The translations under genes were made by a program, and so were the position numbers. Positions 33,625 to 44,330 of a stretch of DNA of 64,000 bases are shown in pieces (within the stretch, counting starts at the first letter, position 1; every line of letters begins with the position of its first letter). Source of the stretch: Naegleria gruberi (lineage: Eukaryota); the NCBI GenBank assembly GCA_000004985.1, contig GG738892.1; one strand, 5' to 3'. The notes beneath the pieces were generated by a model. That model did no database searches and was not told the DNA's origin. It saw nothing but the letters and a program-made list of their open reading frames with translations.

Positions 33625-35169
33625 ATGAAAGCCTCATCATCACGCCTCCTCGTCTTGTGTTGTGGTCTATTGTTGATTCTCGGCCACTTGATTGAGGCAC
33701 AAAAGGTAAAGATTGATTCTACCTTTGGTACAAAGAATATGGTGGTGAATGATTTTGTTCAATATAATTTTCCTATTGTGATTCAACAAACACAATGTGC
33801 TTTACAAGTCTCGTTTGATTATAATATTAATGTTGGTATGAATGCCTCTCGATTTGCTTTCACTGCTGAGACTTTATCACCCAATCCATTCGGAACACTT
33901 CATACTCCAGCTACTACTAATTTGAAGATTTATGGATTGTACAAGATTACTTTTGAAGATTTTGATCCAAACACTGGAAGTTTAGATATTACAGTTGTTT
34001 TGAGTAATCCTAGTGGTTTCTTGAATGTTAATCCATTCTCGATGATATTTTACAAGAAGGCTGATGCTACATTGATGGGAGAATTTGTTGATGCTGAATC
34101 TCATGCATTTTCTGATTCTGTCATGATTGCAACTAATTATAACAACTTGTTGACACAAAATTTATTGGTTGCTGGTTTGTATGGTGATTTAGCTCAATCA
34201 GTTCAATCTAGAATTGACAAGTCAAATACTGTTCCAGGTCCAACAACTTTCCTCTTTGACATTCTTCCAAGTATGAGTCAATCCCTTATTATTGCATTCC
34301 CAAATCAAAAGCCAGCCAAGACTCCTCCAACCTTTACTTTGTCTGAATATAATGATTTTGAACCGACTGCTGTTCCAAAGGGTTATGTTTCTCTCCACTC
34401 TTATCAACTCTCCACTTCTGTTGATCCTCCAACATTTTCTGGTTCTACTTGGAGTTTAAGTTTTGATGCCACTGTTGGATTTTTTTTAAATGACGAGAAG
34501 ACTCCTGTTGAAATTCAACCATCAAGTCTTACATGTGCCTGTACTGCAAACTCTGATGAAATTTATCAAAAAGTGGAAAGCAGAGTTAGTACCGATAAGT
34601 TGACTTGTAAGATTGAAGATCCAACAACATGTGTCTATCCAATGATCATTGCTAGATTGGCCCCAAAGGAATCCGTTCCTGTTCAAGTTACTGACATGAC
34701 CTTTGGTCAAACCTTTAGAGAAAAGGTTGAATATGGTAATAAGAAGATGTTCAAGGTTGTTGTTCCTTCTAGTGTCAAGTTTACCATTTCTGCCAAGTCA
34801 CTCTATCAAGGAGAAACTGCAACATTGTTTGTTAATAGTAGAGGCTTCCCTACTGAAACTGTCAATATCGCCAGAAAGTCCATTGATAATAAGGAAACTA
34901 CTGTTACAATTGAAAATAAGGAAGTTGGTCCACTCGATTATTACATTTCCATTGCTCCAGTTTTTGCTGAAGGTGCTGTTATTATATTGAATGTTGATTA
35001 TAGCTCATCTCTGGATGATAACGCAATTATCATTTTATCTGTAACCATTCCAATGTTCTTTTTGGTTCTAATTGTTTGTATGATTTTGGTTGTCGTTCTC
35101 TGTAGAAAGAAGAAGCCAGTTATTGAAAGTGATCCTTCAATGTTCCACAAGCTTCAAGACAATCAATAA
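33625..35169 (+). CDS. Novel type I membrane glycoprotein (signal peptide, about 440-aa ectodomain, single TM, short tail). It is a paralog of the adjacent minus-strand gene.
   Basis: Signal peptide MKASSSRLLVLCCGLLLILGHLIEAQ. Conserved Cys cluster SSLTCACTANS..TCKIEDPTTC. TM AIIILSVTIPMFFLVLIVCMILVVVLC followed by RKKKP. I recognise no known domain. Confidence 0.6.
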   Translation: MKASSSRLLVLCCGLLLILGHLIEAQKVKIDSTFGTKNMVVNDFVQYNFPIVIQQTQCALQVSFDYNINVGMNASRFAFTAETLSPNPFGTLHTPATTNLKIYGLYKITFEDFDPNTGSLDITVVLSNPSGFLNVNPFSMIFYKKADATLMGEFVDAESHAFSDSVMIATNYNNLLTQNLLVAGLYGDLAQSVQSRIDKSNTVPGPTTFLFDILPSMSQSLIIAFPNQKPAKTPPTFTLSEYNDFEPTAVPKGYVSLHSYQLSTSVDPPTFSGSTWSLSFDATVGFFLNDEKTPVEIQPSSLTCACTANSDEIYQKVESRVSTDKLTCKIEDPTTCVYPMIIARLAPKESVPVQVTDMTFGQTFREKVEYGNKKMFKVVVPSSVKFTISAKSLYQGETATLFVNSRGFPTETVNIARKSIDNKETTVTIENKEVGPLDYYISIAPVFAEGAVIILNVDYSSSLDDNAIIILSVTIPMFFLVLIVCMILVVVLCRKKKPVIESDPSMFHKLQDNQ

Positions 35170-35185
35170 ATCACAATTTGATTGC

Positions 35186-36559
35186 TTAATTTATTTGTTC
35201 GTGCATTAGTAAATCGGATTTTCTATTTCTATACACAATAAAACCCAATACACAAACTATAAAAAGTAAAACCCAGTTCAATAGTACTGATAATCCAAGA
35301 CCGCTTGAAACTGCAATTAATTGAGTTTGTTGCAATAACGTTTCATTCAACATAGTTTCATAGTCACTTTGTGGTAATATTTGAATTGGATGAGACAGAG
35401 ATACTCTCTTGTTCCACACTCCTCTCATTTGGATTGTCAAGAAATAACTAGTTATCCTTGTCAAAACAACATTAGAAAGCGGAATCTGTAATTGATATAT
35501 GGAAGAACCAATTCTGTCCATTGCATTAATGGACACTTTCGCGTCATATCCTTTAAAATCCAATGAATAAGGAGCTGTCGGGTGAACATTTTCAAATTTG
35601 ATGAAAATGAAAGGGAATTGAGACGAATATCTAATATCATCACTTGCAAATGTATTCCCAGGTGATATTTTGAATGGCATTGGGGAGGATAGTGAGATAC
35701 GAGAGCATTTACTAACATCACCAGAACAGGAATAAACCTTCGAACGATAGCTCTCCAATTCCAACAGCTTGAAATAATACTTAGATGAACATGAGCAAAA
35801 GAGAGATGGTATTTCAGTCGAGTTAGTAATGTCTTCATCAAAACTAAATCTAAAGTCAAGTGTTGAGATGGTGAAATTCTCAATTGTAAAATTGAATGAC
35901 AGGATTGGTTTCAAATTGATTGGAAAATCCTTTTCAATATTTTTAACATTTTCCTGATTGAAAGTGATAAAACCTGGATTTTGAAGTGGTTTCTGTGGAA
36001 TGGACAGCTCAAGTTTTCCTTCTGTTGTCTGTGTTTCGATAAATCTTGGACCACATATTTCAATTTTTTCCCCAAATCTTAATTCAGATGGCAAGAGATC
36101 AGCATAGACACCCAAAATGAATTTGTTGTGAACTGCAGTAAAGGTTGACATTGGCATTTCATAACTGACGCTGGTCAAAGTTGCTTCCCTCTTTCCATGA
36201 ATTGAATGCCAACCATAATCTGAACACATAAAATCCACAGAATTTGACACTACATTATTCAGTCCGTCTGGATATCTAAATGTAATCTTTACAGAATCAA
36301 TTGAATTCTTTACAATTTCACCCTCAAATATAAAATCAAATCTGCTAATTCCCTTTCTATTCCCCTCATCCTTAAGATAGTTGTTTGAAACTTGCAAATC
36401 AAACGTAACCTTTCCCACAAGCCTAAACTCAACCATCAAAGTTGAGTATTGATTTGTGGAAAATTGACCTGCAAAATTCTTAGGATTAACCTTAATCTGT
36501 GTTTCAAACAACCACATTGTTATTGTCGTATCATCACTCAATGCGCAACAAACATTCAA
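35186..36559 (-). CDS. Novel type I membrane glycoprotein, paralog of 33625..35169. The 5' end is unresolved: the signal-peptide region reads through without an in-frame ATG into the gap-flanking duplicated block.
   Basis: Same architecture and homologous motifs (SFDEDITNSTEIPSLFCSCSSKY..SCSGDVSKCS aligns with SFDATVGF..SLTCACTANS..TCKIEDPTTC, and IPQKPLQNP with FPNQKPAKTP). C-terminal TM LGLSVLLNWVLLFIVCVLGFIVY. Signal-peptide-like LIFLFVILTLLNVCCALS sits immediately upstream of the first ATG. Confidence 0.55.
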   Translation of the reverse strand: MNVCCALSDDTTITMWLFETQIKVNPKNFAGQFSTNQYSTLMVEFRLVGKVTFDLQVSNNYLKDEGNRKGISRFDFIFEGEIVKNSIDSVKITFRYPDGLNNVVSNSVDFMCSDYGWHSIHGKREATLTSVSYEMPMSTFTAVHNKFILGVYADLLPSELRFGEKIEICGPRFIETQTTEGKLELSIPQKPLQNPGFITFNQENVKNIEKDFPINLKPILSFNFTIENFTISTLDFRFSFDEDITNSTEIPSLFCSCSSKYYFKLLELESYRSKVYSCSGDVSKCSRISLSSPMPFKISPGNTFASDDIRYSSQFPFIFIKFENVHPTAPYSLDFKGYDAKVSINAMDRIGSSIYQLQIPLSNVVLTRITSYFLTIQMRGVWNKRVSLSHPIQILPQSDYETMLNETLLQQTQLIAVSSGLGLSVLLNWVLLFIVCVLGFIVYRNRKSDLLMHEQIN

Positions 36560-36585
36560 AAGTGTTAAAATAACAAAGAGAAAAA

Positions 36586-36748
36586 TTAAATTTATTGTAA
36601 TGAGTTGTGGGTTGGTTTCGAAACAGTGGAGGAATGTTGTTGTGGAGTATTCGAAACTAGATGTAACATTTGTTGGTAAAATTGTACCAAATGATGTTTT
36701 TTATCAAGTTGCTGGCTTGATGAAACATTTGACGAAACTTGATGTTAG
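36586..36748 (+). repeat. Near-identical partial copy of 37063..37290 (the 5' part of the F-box/LRR gene), with a 72-nt internal deletion. It directly abuts the assembly gap.
   Basis: The translation MSCGLVSKQWRNVVVEYSKLDVT...GKIVPNDVFYQVAGLMKHLTKLDV duplicates residues of the 36922 gene and the nucleotide sequence is nearly identical. It runs straight into the N run. Confidence 0.8.
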
Positions 36749-36798
36749 NNNNNNNNNNNNNNNNNNNNNNNNNNNNNNNNNNNNNNNNNNNNNNNNNN
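36749..36798. other. Assembly gap (50 N).
   Basis: A run of n characters in the sequence. Confidence 1.
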
Positions 36799-36921
36799 GA
36801 TTTTTGCTAATTGGGCAGAGCCTTAAAAATCATTGGAGTTTTGAGATTCGAAGCTTATTGGAAGTTAAATAGTAGCTCTTTACAATTCCTGAACAATTAG
36901 GAAAGTTTCTTTTTAAAAAAA

Positions 36922-38188
36922 ATGTTCAAAATGGATGATACGGAGAGGGATATAGGAGAACCTTCTTGTAAAAAGAAAAAATTAGAATTTTTGAGTGCTT
37001 ATCATGTATTTAATAGTGATGAAATTTTGGAAATATTATCGTTCATTCCGAAGGATAATGTTAAATTTATTGTAATGAGTTGTGGGTTGGTTTCGAAACA
37101 GTGGAGGAATGTTGTTGTGGAGTATTCGAAACTAGATGTAACAATTGTAGATTACAAATTGTTGGAAGATTTGAAGGCTAGTCATCATTTAAACAATATT
37201 GAAACCTTACGAGTTGGTAAAATTGTACCAAATGATGTTTTTTATCAAGTTGCTGGCTTGATAAAACATTTGACGAAACTTGATGTTTGTAATTGCCAAA
37301 TTGGAGCCGAAGGAGCTAAATGGGTTAAAAATTTTGAACAATTAACTGATCTCGACATTTATGGTAATCTAATTGGTGATGAAGGAGCTGTATTCATTAG
37401 TGAAATCAGTTGACTATTTTAAATATTGCAAAAAATTCAATAAGTGCCACTGGAGCCAAATTCATTACTCGACTGAACCAATTGACTAGCCTTAATATCG
37501 CCTGGAACTTTGAATTACAATTTGAAGGGATAAAACCAATTTGTCAAATAATGAAACAGTTGACCACTTTCGGTATTGGAAGAATTGCTGTGTTCGATGA
37601 GGGAGCAAAATTTATCAGTGAAGAAATGAAACAATTGACTAACTTGGATATCAACAGCAATATGCTAGGTTCAGAGGGAGCAAAGTACTTGAGTGGAATG
37701 GAAACTTTAAGAGTACTCAATATTGCTGCCAATGATATATTTGATGAAGGGCTAAATATATTAGTGGAATGAGTCAATTGACTGATTTGAGAGTACAGGG
37801 AAGTGAGTTAGGTTTCGAAGGTGTAAAACATATTAGTGGAATGAAACAGTTGACAAAACTTAATATTGGCTGGAATAAGATTGGATATGAGGGGTTACAC
37901 TTTCTTAGTGAAATGAATCAATTAACCAGTATTTCCTTCGAAGTTGGCAAGGACGAAAGTTTGAAAATTGGTATTAAAGAGGCTAAATCATTAAGTGAAA
38001 TGACCCAATTGACCTTCCTTAATATTTGTGGCCATAAATTAGACTTTGAACAAGCCAAACTCATTTCCTGCATGAAACCACTGAAAATCCTTCACATCAC
38101 AAGCAACGACATTTCCACTGAAGAAGAAAAAACACTGCACGATATGAAACAGTGGGAATGTTTAAAAATTTACAAACGTTCCAAATAA
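36922..38188 (+). pseudogene. F-box-like and RNI-type leucine-rich-repeat protein gene interrupted by two frameshifts. It is either a pseudogene or carries sequencing errors.
   Basis: Three consecutive ORFs in frames +1, +3 and +2 (36922..37413, 37410..37772, 37769..38188) all encode the same roughly 28-aa repeat (MKQLTxLxIxxNxIGxEGAKxIS). At about 37415 the repeat AGTGAAATGAAACAGTTGAC lacks 4 nt (agtgaaat-cagttgac). At about 37750 GAAGGGGCTAAA has lost one G (gaagggctaaa). The N-terminus has an F-box-like LEILSFIP...CGLVSKQWRNVV. Confidence 0.6.
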
Positions 38189-38338
38189 ATTAACAATGTC
38201 TCCCATTCATCATTCCTTACTGTTTCATCAAAATCCCTTCTTAACAATATCTTTAGATTTTTCAGAAATGAGACATTGAATGTTGATGATTTACTTCCTC
38301 CGATATTTTCAAACGTTTTTTTTGATTTTTTAAAAAAA

Positions 38339-40287
38339 ATGAAAAGAAACTTTCCCGCCAATTCTCTCGTAGTTTTTATATTGTTGGTGGCTCTTGCTTC
38401 ATCATCATTCCAACAACAAGAAACCTCTTCGGTAACAGTCTATAGTAAGAATAATTATATTCTCAATTCGGAGGACTATTTGAAAGGAGCTGCTGTTGCT
38501 AGACTTGTCGATTCTGTTCAATTGAATGGCTGGTCTCAACTCAATATTTCAACCAATGCTAATTTATTTAATGATGAAGAACAAATGTATGCTGCTGGTA
38601 TGGCTGAAGGATTAGTTTCCTCCTATCAAACCTGGCAACTTCTTCAAAATCAAATTTATGATTGGAATTTCACGGAAAGTACTGGAAGTGTGAAGAGAAC
38701 TCCATCATCAAATTATGTTTATCCAAAGGGAATTATTAATTTCCTTACACAAAATAATGCTTGGATGAGAAAGGAAGCTATTCAAAGAAAGGATCATTGC
38801 AAGTTTTGGTATCATGTCAATTTGATGATGACTCAATTTGATGGTCTTGTGGATGGTTTTTTGATTGGACAACAACGTGATTCTCGTATTCCTGCAAATA
38901 AGTATTTGGATTGGTTTGATTTGTTGGTTTTGCAAGGTATGTTTTTTAGTATTATTGTTAATGTTTAATAATTATTTCAATGCATTTCGCATGATAATTT
39001 TGTTATTGGATTCGGAATATTACATTGGAATATTGATGATTTTAAATTGAAATTACATGAAAATGGTTGAAATATATGGAATAGCTGCTGGTGATATGTA
39101 CACACTTGTGGATGCTTTTGGAAGCTCATTGATGAAGTCTTCTCTCAAGACTCGTGCTGAAGCTTTTGCATCTGGTATTCCTTTGGAAGTTTTCCAATCT
39201 AATGCCTTCACTAGAAAGTATAAAGAAGAGCCACCATACACTGAATGTAGTGCTCTCATTAAGGTTACACCAGATTGTAAAAACATCTTTGTAGGTCACA
39301 CAACCTGGAGAAGATATAACATTATTAACAAGTTCTTCAAGACTCTCACAATGCCACTCAAGTTTGTTGCTGCCAAGACTGTCAGTATGAGTTCTTCTGC
39401 CAGTTTCTTCTCCTCTAAGGAAGATTATTTGGCTATGGACTCTGGTTTGGTTGCTTTGGAAACCTCTCTCAGTACCTACAATACTTCATTGTATAAATTG
39501 CTCAAGCCAGAATCATTACTTTCATGGGTTAGAAGTGTTGTTGCCAGTAGATTGGCTTATACTTCAAAGGAATGGATTGATACCTTTGCTAAATTCTCCA
39601 GTGGTACCTAGTAAGTTTTCTCAATTCATTCACAAAAATATTTAAATGAATAGCAACAATCAATGGATGAGTTTGGATATGAAGAAATTCAAGCCAGGTA
39701 CTTGTCAATTGGAAAAGGATACCTTATGGATTATTGAAGAACTTCCAGGAGGTGCCAATCAAAATGCTGACGTTTCATCAATTGTAAATTCCAATCAAGG
39801 TTATTGGCCAAGTTACAATATTCCATACTTCCCAGAAATTTACAACATGCTTGGTTATGCTGAAGCAAAGAAAAAGTTCGGAAATGAAATGGATTATAAA
39901 TTGTGTCCAAGAGCTAAGATTTTCGCTAGAGAACAATCCAAGATTATCAATGATTGGAAATCATTTGGAAGAGTTTTGCAATTCAATGAATGGCAAATTG
40001 ATGAATTCAGTGAAGGAGATCCAGCTAAATCAATTGCTGCTCGTTACGATTTGAGACCTACCAATGGTCAACTCAAACCAGCTGCATTTGGTGGTGCTGA
40101 TACTAAATTGACCAGTTACAGACACGTCATGAATAGTGCTACTGGTAAACCTGTTACTTTCGGTATGGCTGGTCCAACTCACCAAGAACAAGCTCCATTC
40201 ACATGGAATGATAATCGTTGGAATTCAATTCCACATTTGGGTCAACCAGACACTTACGATTTTGACTGGGTTCAATTCAACAATTAA
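38339..40287 (+). CDS. Phospholipase B-like (PLBD/LAMA family, Ntn-hydrolase) protein. Exons are 38339..38937, 39086..39610 and 39654..40287, with introns at 38938..39085 and 39611..39653.
   Basis: Signal peptide NSLVVFILLVALASS. PLB-like N-domain, then the conserved autoproteolysis/nucleophile context YTECSALIKV and GHTTW. The frame is preserved at both GTATGT/GTAAGT..ATAG junctions (LVLQ|AAGDMYTL and SSGT|YNNQWMSLD). The C-terminal domain has PAAFGGADTK..TFGMAGPTH. Confidence 0.75.
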
Positions 40288-40385
40288 AAATTGCACTCTC
40301 ATACTTAGTTTAGAATTATTAAATTCTTGTTTAAATGGTTGAATTAATATTGACCTACTCAGATTCATAAAATAACCTAGTGTCC

Positions 40386-41393
40386 TTACAGCACAGTACA
40401 ATTCCAAGAATTATTTTCAGTTTTCTGTGGTGATGGTTCTTGAATTAGTGTCCAATCTTTCAATTGTTGGAAATAGGTAAATTGCAATTGAACGAACCAA
40501 AATGGAGTAAACACATTCTTCATATCCTTTGAATTAGCCTGTACGAAGATTGATTGCCGGAATCCAAATGCCTTTTTCACAGCCTCCTTTGGGTTGACCA
40601 TCTCAGTAACTTGAACATTTGAGTACAAGCCAAGAATAATGCCCAGATGTGGTTGTTTTAGAACCTCTTTAACTGCCTCAAACCATTTATCCAAATCATC
40701 AAGTGTTTCCTTTCGATTCATTGCAAAACAGATAAGAAAATTCAACCATGAAAGCCTTCCCAATTGCTTTACAACTCCAGTCGAAAGGTATCTTTCCTGT
40801 CGAGCAGTATCCCATATTTGATGTTTAAACGCTTCCTCACCTCTAAGAGGAGCAAACGCCTTGACAATAAAATCAACCATTGAGTGAGAATAATTGTCAA
40901 AGTGTCCATTGTTCATTGTCTTTGAAAAGGTTTTCTTTCCAACAAAAGCATCACCTACAAGCATGTACTTGATGGTGTTGTTGTTGGAATTTATGAGCTT
41001 GGGTTTCTCATAAGAAGGACGAAATCTAGATCGATAAAAATCCAATAAATTAAATTGACTTTCTAATACGTGCTCAACGTTTTTTGAATCTTTTTGTTCT
41101 GATGGATTAATATTACCCAATCTAAATGCCAATTGTAATAAATACATTCGAATGAAATACTTTGAATTTCCAATCAACGAAATTTTGTCCGATTCATCTT
41201 CAATATTTCCATTGGAAGAAGAAATTGAAATTTTACATCCCAACAAATTTTCATCACACCTTAAAATTTCATCCACATAAACCCAACATTTTCCCACCAC
41301 TTGATAAATTGCTTGGTTAGTTCCCACTAGTGAAGCAAGCACATCAATAGGATGCAAAAATTGAATAACTGTGGTCCAAACATCTTGATTCAT
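40386..41393 (-). CDS. F-box-like domain fused to an atypical Ras-superfamily (Rab-like) small GTPase domain.
   Basis: N-terminal DVWTTVIQFLHPIDVLASLVGTNQAIYQVVGKCW resembles an F-box (LPxEIL..I...L....DL.....VCK.W). The GTPase has P-loop LVGDAFVGKKTF, switch II WDTARQERY (Arg in place of the usual DTAGQE Gly), a degenerate NKxD (AMNRKE) and ANSKD. The ATG at 41393 follows an A9 run. Confidence 0.6.
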   Translation of the reverse strand: MNQDVWTTVIQFLHPIDVLASLVGTNQAIYQVVGKCWVYVDEILRCDENLLGCKISISSSNGNIEDESDKISLIGNSKYFIRMYLLQLAFRLGNINPSEQKDSKNVEHVLESQFNLLDFYRSRFRPSYEKPKLINSNNNTIKYMLVGDAFVGKKTFSKTMNNGHFDNYSHSMVDFIVKAFAPLRGEEAFKHQIWDTARQERYLSTGVVKQLGRLSWLNFLICFAMNRKETLDDLDKWFEAVKEVLKQPHLGIILGLYSNVQVTEMVNPKEAVKKAFGFRQSIFVQANSKDMKNVFTPFWFVQLQFTYFQQLKDWTLIQEPSPQKTENNSWNCTVL

Positions 41394-41957
41394 TTTTTTT
41401 TGATTGTAAAAATAAAAATTTACAGTAATAAGCAACAAGATTTTTATTTTGTCATGAATCATCTTGTATTAAGATGTTGATGTGATCTGGGAGAAAATAA
41501 ATTGTGCAATGTGCTCATTGGGACAAATTTTAAAAGTTGTAACTAGTTAAGGAACATTGAGGGGAATGGATTAAAAACTTGTGAAGCAAGTTTTGACACT
41601 TTCTACCAACCAAGTGGGTGTTGTCCTTTAATATTAAGGACATAATTCAACTTGTCCTTTTTCTATCTAAAAAAATACAGTGGATACAATTTCTTTAGAA
41701 TCATCATCCTCACCAACCCAATAAAACAAAACAACATTCCAAACTTTGGAAGTTGATCCTTCCCAAATTCAAAATGACAAAGAGAAATACTTCCCAGAAC
41801 TATTTGTTGAAGATGAACAAGATGTAATCATACAAATTAGTCAAAAGTCAGATTGAAGAATTGTCTATTTTTATGTAGAATTGGACTGCTATAACATTTA
41901 TATTCCATATTTGACAATTTTCCATTAAAACAATTTTTTGTAAATTCAATCAAAAAA

Positions 41958-42440
41958 ATGCTTCGTTCCAAAATCACTTCCGTTTGCTCATCACGACAAT
42001 TTATTAATTCCTTCGGCAAATCCTCATTATTTCCATCATTAAACACAAAATTACATAATTTCCATTCCTTACAAAGTAACCGAAAATCAAACTCATCCGA
42101 TATTGATGCAAAATCCATCATTAAATCTATTAAAGTCCCAGAAATGGGTAATGGTATTAGATCCGCAACCATTTCCCGATGGAAGAAACATCCAGGTGAT
42201 GAATGTGATGGTTCTGATGTGTTGGCTGAATTGGAGATGAAGAATTCTGATATGAAATTATTGCTCGAGTTGAGACCACCTGTTAAGGGACAAGTGAGGG
42301 AACATTTGAAGAATGTTGGAGATGAGGTGATGGTTGGAGAGAAGATTGCAACCATGGAAACGTTGGATATTGATGAGGAAAGTAGATTGAGACATGTTGT
42401 GGAGGATGCTATCATTGATGTTCATGTTTTACCTAAATAG
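41958..42440 (+). CDS. Small mitochondrial-presequence protein with a lipoyl/biotinyl-attachment-like (hybrid barrel) domain.
   Basis: The presequence MLRSKITSVCSSRQFINSFGKSSLF is rich in R, S and hydrophobics. The domain IKVPEMGNGIRSATISRWKKHPGDECDGSDVLAELEMKNSDM...VGDEVMVGEKIATMETLD follows the lipoyl-domain pattern (IxMPxLxxxxEGTIxxWxKKxGDxV..GDxLxEIETDKA....EGDxVxVGxxIAxIE), but the modified-lysine context is altered (EMKNS rather than ETDKA). The ATG follows an A7 run. Confidence 0.45.
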   Translation: MLRSKITSVCSSRQFINSFGKSSLFPSLNTKLHNFHSLQSNRKSNSSDIDAKSIIKSIKVPEMGNGIRSATISRWKKHPGDECDGSDVLAELEMKNSDMKLLLELRPPVKGQVREHLKNVGDEVMVGEKIATMETLDIDEESRLRHVVEDAIIDVHVLPK

Positions 42441-42526
42441 AGATGTGGATAGAATAAATTAATGGAAAATATAGTTTAATATTAAACTATTTAATATTTA
42501 CAGGTTTTAGGTTGACTATTAAAAAC

Positions 42527-43827
42527 TTAAGGAAGTGAAATTGTTGAAATTGGAGTGTTTGGTTCACTATCGATGGATATTGAAGAATTGGAAAGATTAT
42601 GGAAATTATCTTGATTGGAGGCAGTTAGGAATGTTCCAAATTGTTGGTGATTACTAGTATTGGTAGTGTTTGGTGACATTTCAATTCCTTTTGAGTTTTC
42701 CAAAGCTCTATTTGTTTTGTGTTCAAAGTTGACTGCCTTAATGGCATTCTTGACCATCCTTTTCATTTCACTGATAGGTCCAAAGAGGATACACAAACCA
42801 ACAATGAAAATCCATGTAGCAATTGCCTTTCCAATTAACGAAACCACTTGAAAGTAAACTGAAACATTCGAAACTTCTCCTATAAACGAAATCAATTCCA
42901 TCAAACACAAGAAAACAGCAATCAAAGCAACTAAACTCACAATGATAACAATTCTAATAATTGCCTTCTTACTAGTTTCCTTCAAATAATGTCCAGAATT
43001 TTCACTACTTTGTTTCAAATGTCTGATTAGCTGAACGGTTGTCCAAATTACATAACCCAATGAAGAAAGAACACATAGAATGAAGATAGTTGTTGTCAAT
43101 GAATAGAAAAATATAAGAGCTGGTTTGATGGTTGTGTCATTGGTTGCTTGTTGAACTTTTGTTATTTGGTCAACTAGCACAGTAATGATATAACCTATAA
43201 TCACCACTGAAAGAATGATAGGAATGGTAATTATCGATCCAAGAAGAATCTTGAATACCTTTTCTGAAATGTATTTCAACTTCCTGCTCGTTTGCAAACT
43301 ATTTCACATTTAAAACAATTCTAATCTTAAACTAAAACTTACAATATATAACAAACAAACAAGAACTGCACCACCAACCACCAATCATTCACAGCCCATC
43401 CACAATAAATCAATGCATTAATCACTCTCACATGGAGTGGTTTCTCAGAACTGACAAAAGTCGCCACAGGAAAAGCCAACATGTTTAAGATTCGTAAAGC
43501 AAATAAAATGATCAAGATTACAACACTAGGTAACATGATAGAGAAGAGGATGATCTTGTTTTTGGAGAAGGGCCTTTTGGGTTTGATAGGAGTTGAAGAA
43601 GGATTGTTTTCGTCTGGTTTCGTTTTTTGGCTTGCTTTTGATTTGTGTTTAAAGCAGATTAGGAGGGTAAGAATGAATGGAAGGAGAATAATGAAGGATA
43701 GCATTTGAATGAAGGTTACCGAAACCTCGCCAATGATTTGCGCAGTGGACACTGTTTCGTTTAAAGAAGAAGAATTAGATGAAACAGCTTGTATTATGAA
43801 CAAATCAACTAATGACGACATTTTCAA
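42527..43827 (-). CDS. Seven-transmembrane receptor-like protein. Exons are 43344..43827 and 42527..43297, with a 46-nt intron at 43298..43343.
   Basis: Three hydrophobic helices in exon 1 and four in exon 2, seven in total, with loops of GPCR-like length and a Ser/Asn-rich C-terminal tail. The GTAAGT..AATAG junction keeps the frame (VCYI-F-LQTSRKLKY). I cannot assign a family. Confidence 0.5.
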
Positions 43828-44330
43828 GCTTAAAGATAAAATCTAGTGGTATAGTGGAAGGACTCTGTTTTTTTTGAATGTTTCTTGCATGTTTTGGAGA
43901 ATAATCTTGTTTCTGATAGAAATTGTTGGCGGATAAACAAACTCTGCGCAAATGAATGACGATTGGAAATATCCCATCTAACATCTCTCATTGTTTTGGA
44001 GAGTGAGCTACAGAATTGATGGTTTCGGTACAGATTTGTTTCGAAGGAATGTTCACGTGTGGAATATAGAAACCTATAAACGTAGCCAGTTGGAAAATGT
44101 ATTCTTTTGGTGGATTAGTTTGTTTAATTGGAGTAAAACAGTGCCTTTGTTTCGACTAATACCCTTTCTATATTTACATTGTATTACATTGACAATAAAA
44201 TCTGCTTGATATTAATAGTAGTGGTACTAAAAATCTTAGAAATTGAAACCATAGTAAATACATTTGCCTTACATTGCGAAATTAAACTGTTTCATTCAAT
44301 CTTCGAGAAAATAGATAGAATGTTTCTTTT

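Noticed and set aside
41837-42415. A 192-aa minus-strand ORF overlapping the lipoyl-like gene.
   Set aside because: The plus-strand ORF has a mitochondrial presequence and a coherent domain match. The antisense ORF is Ser/Asn-rich and low-complexity with no motif.
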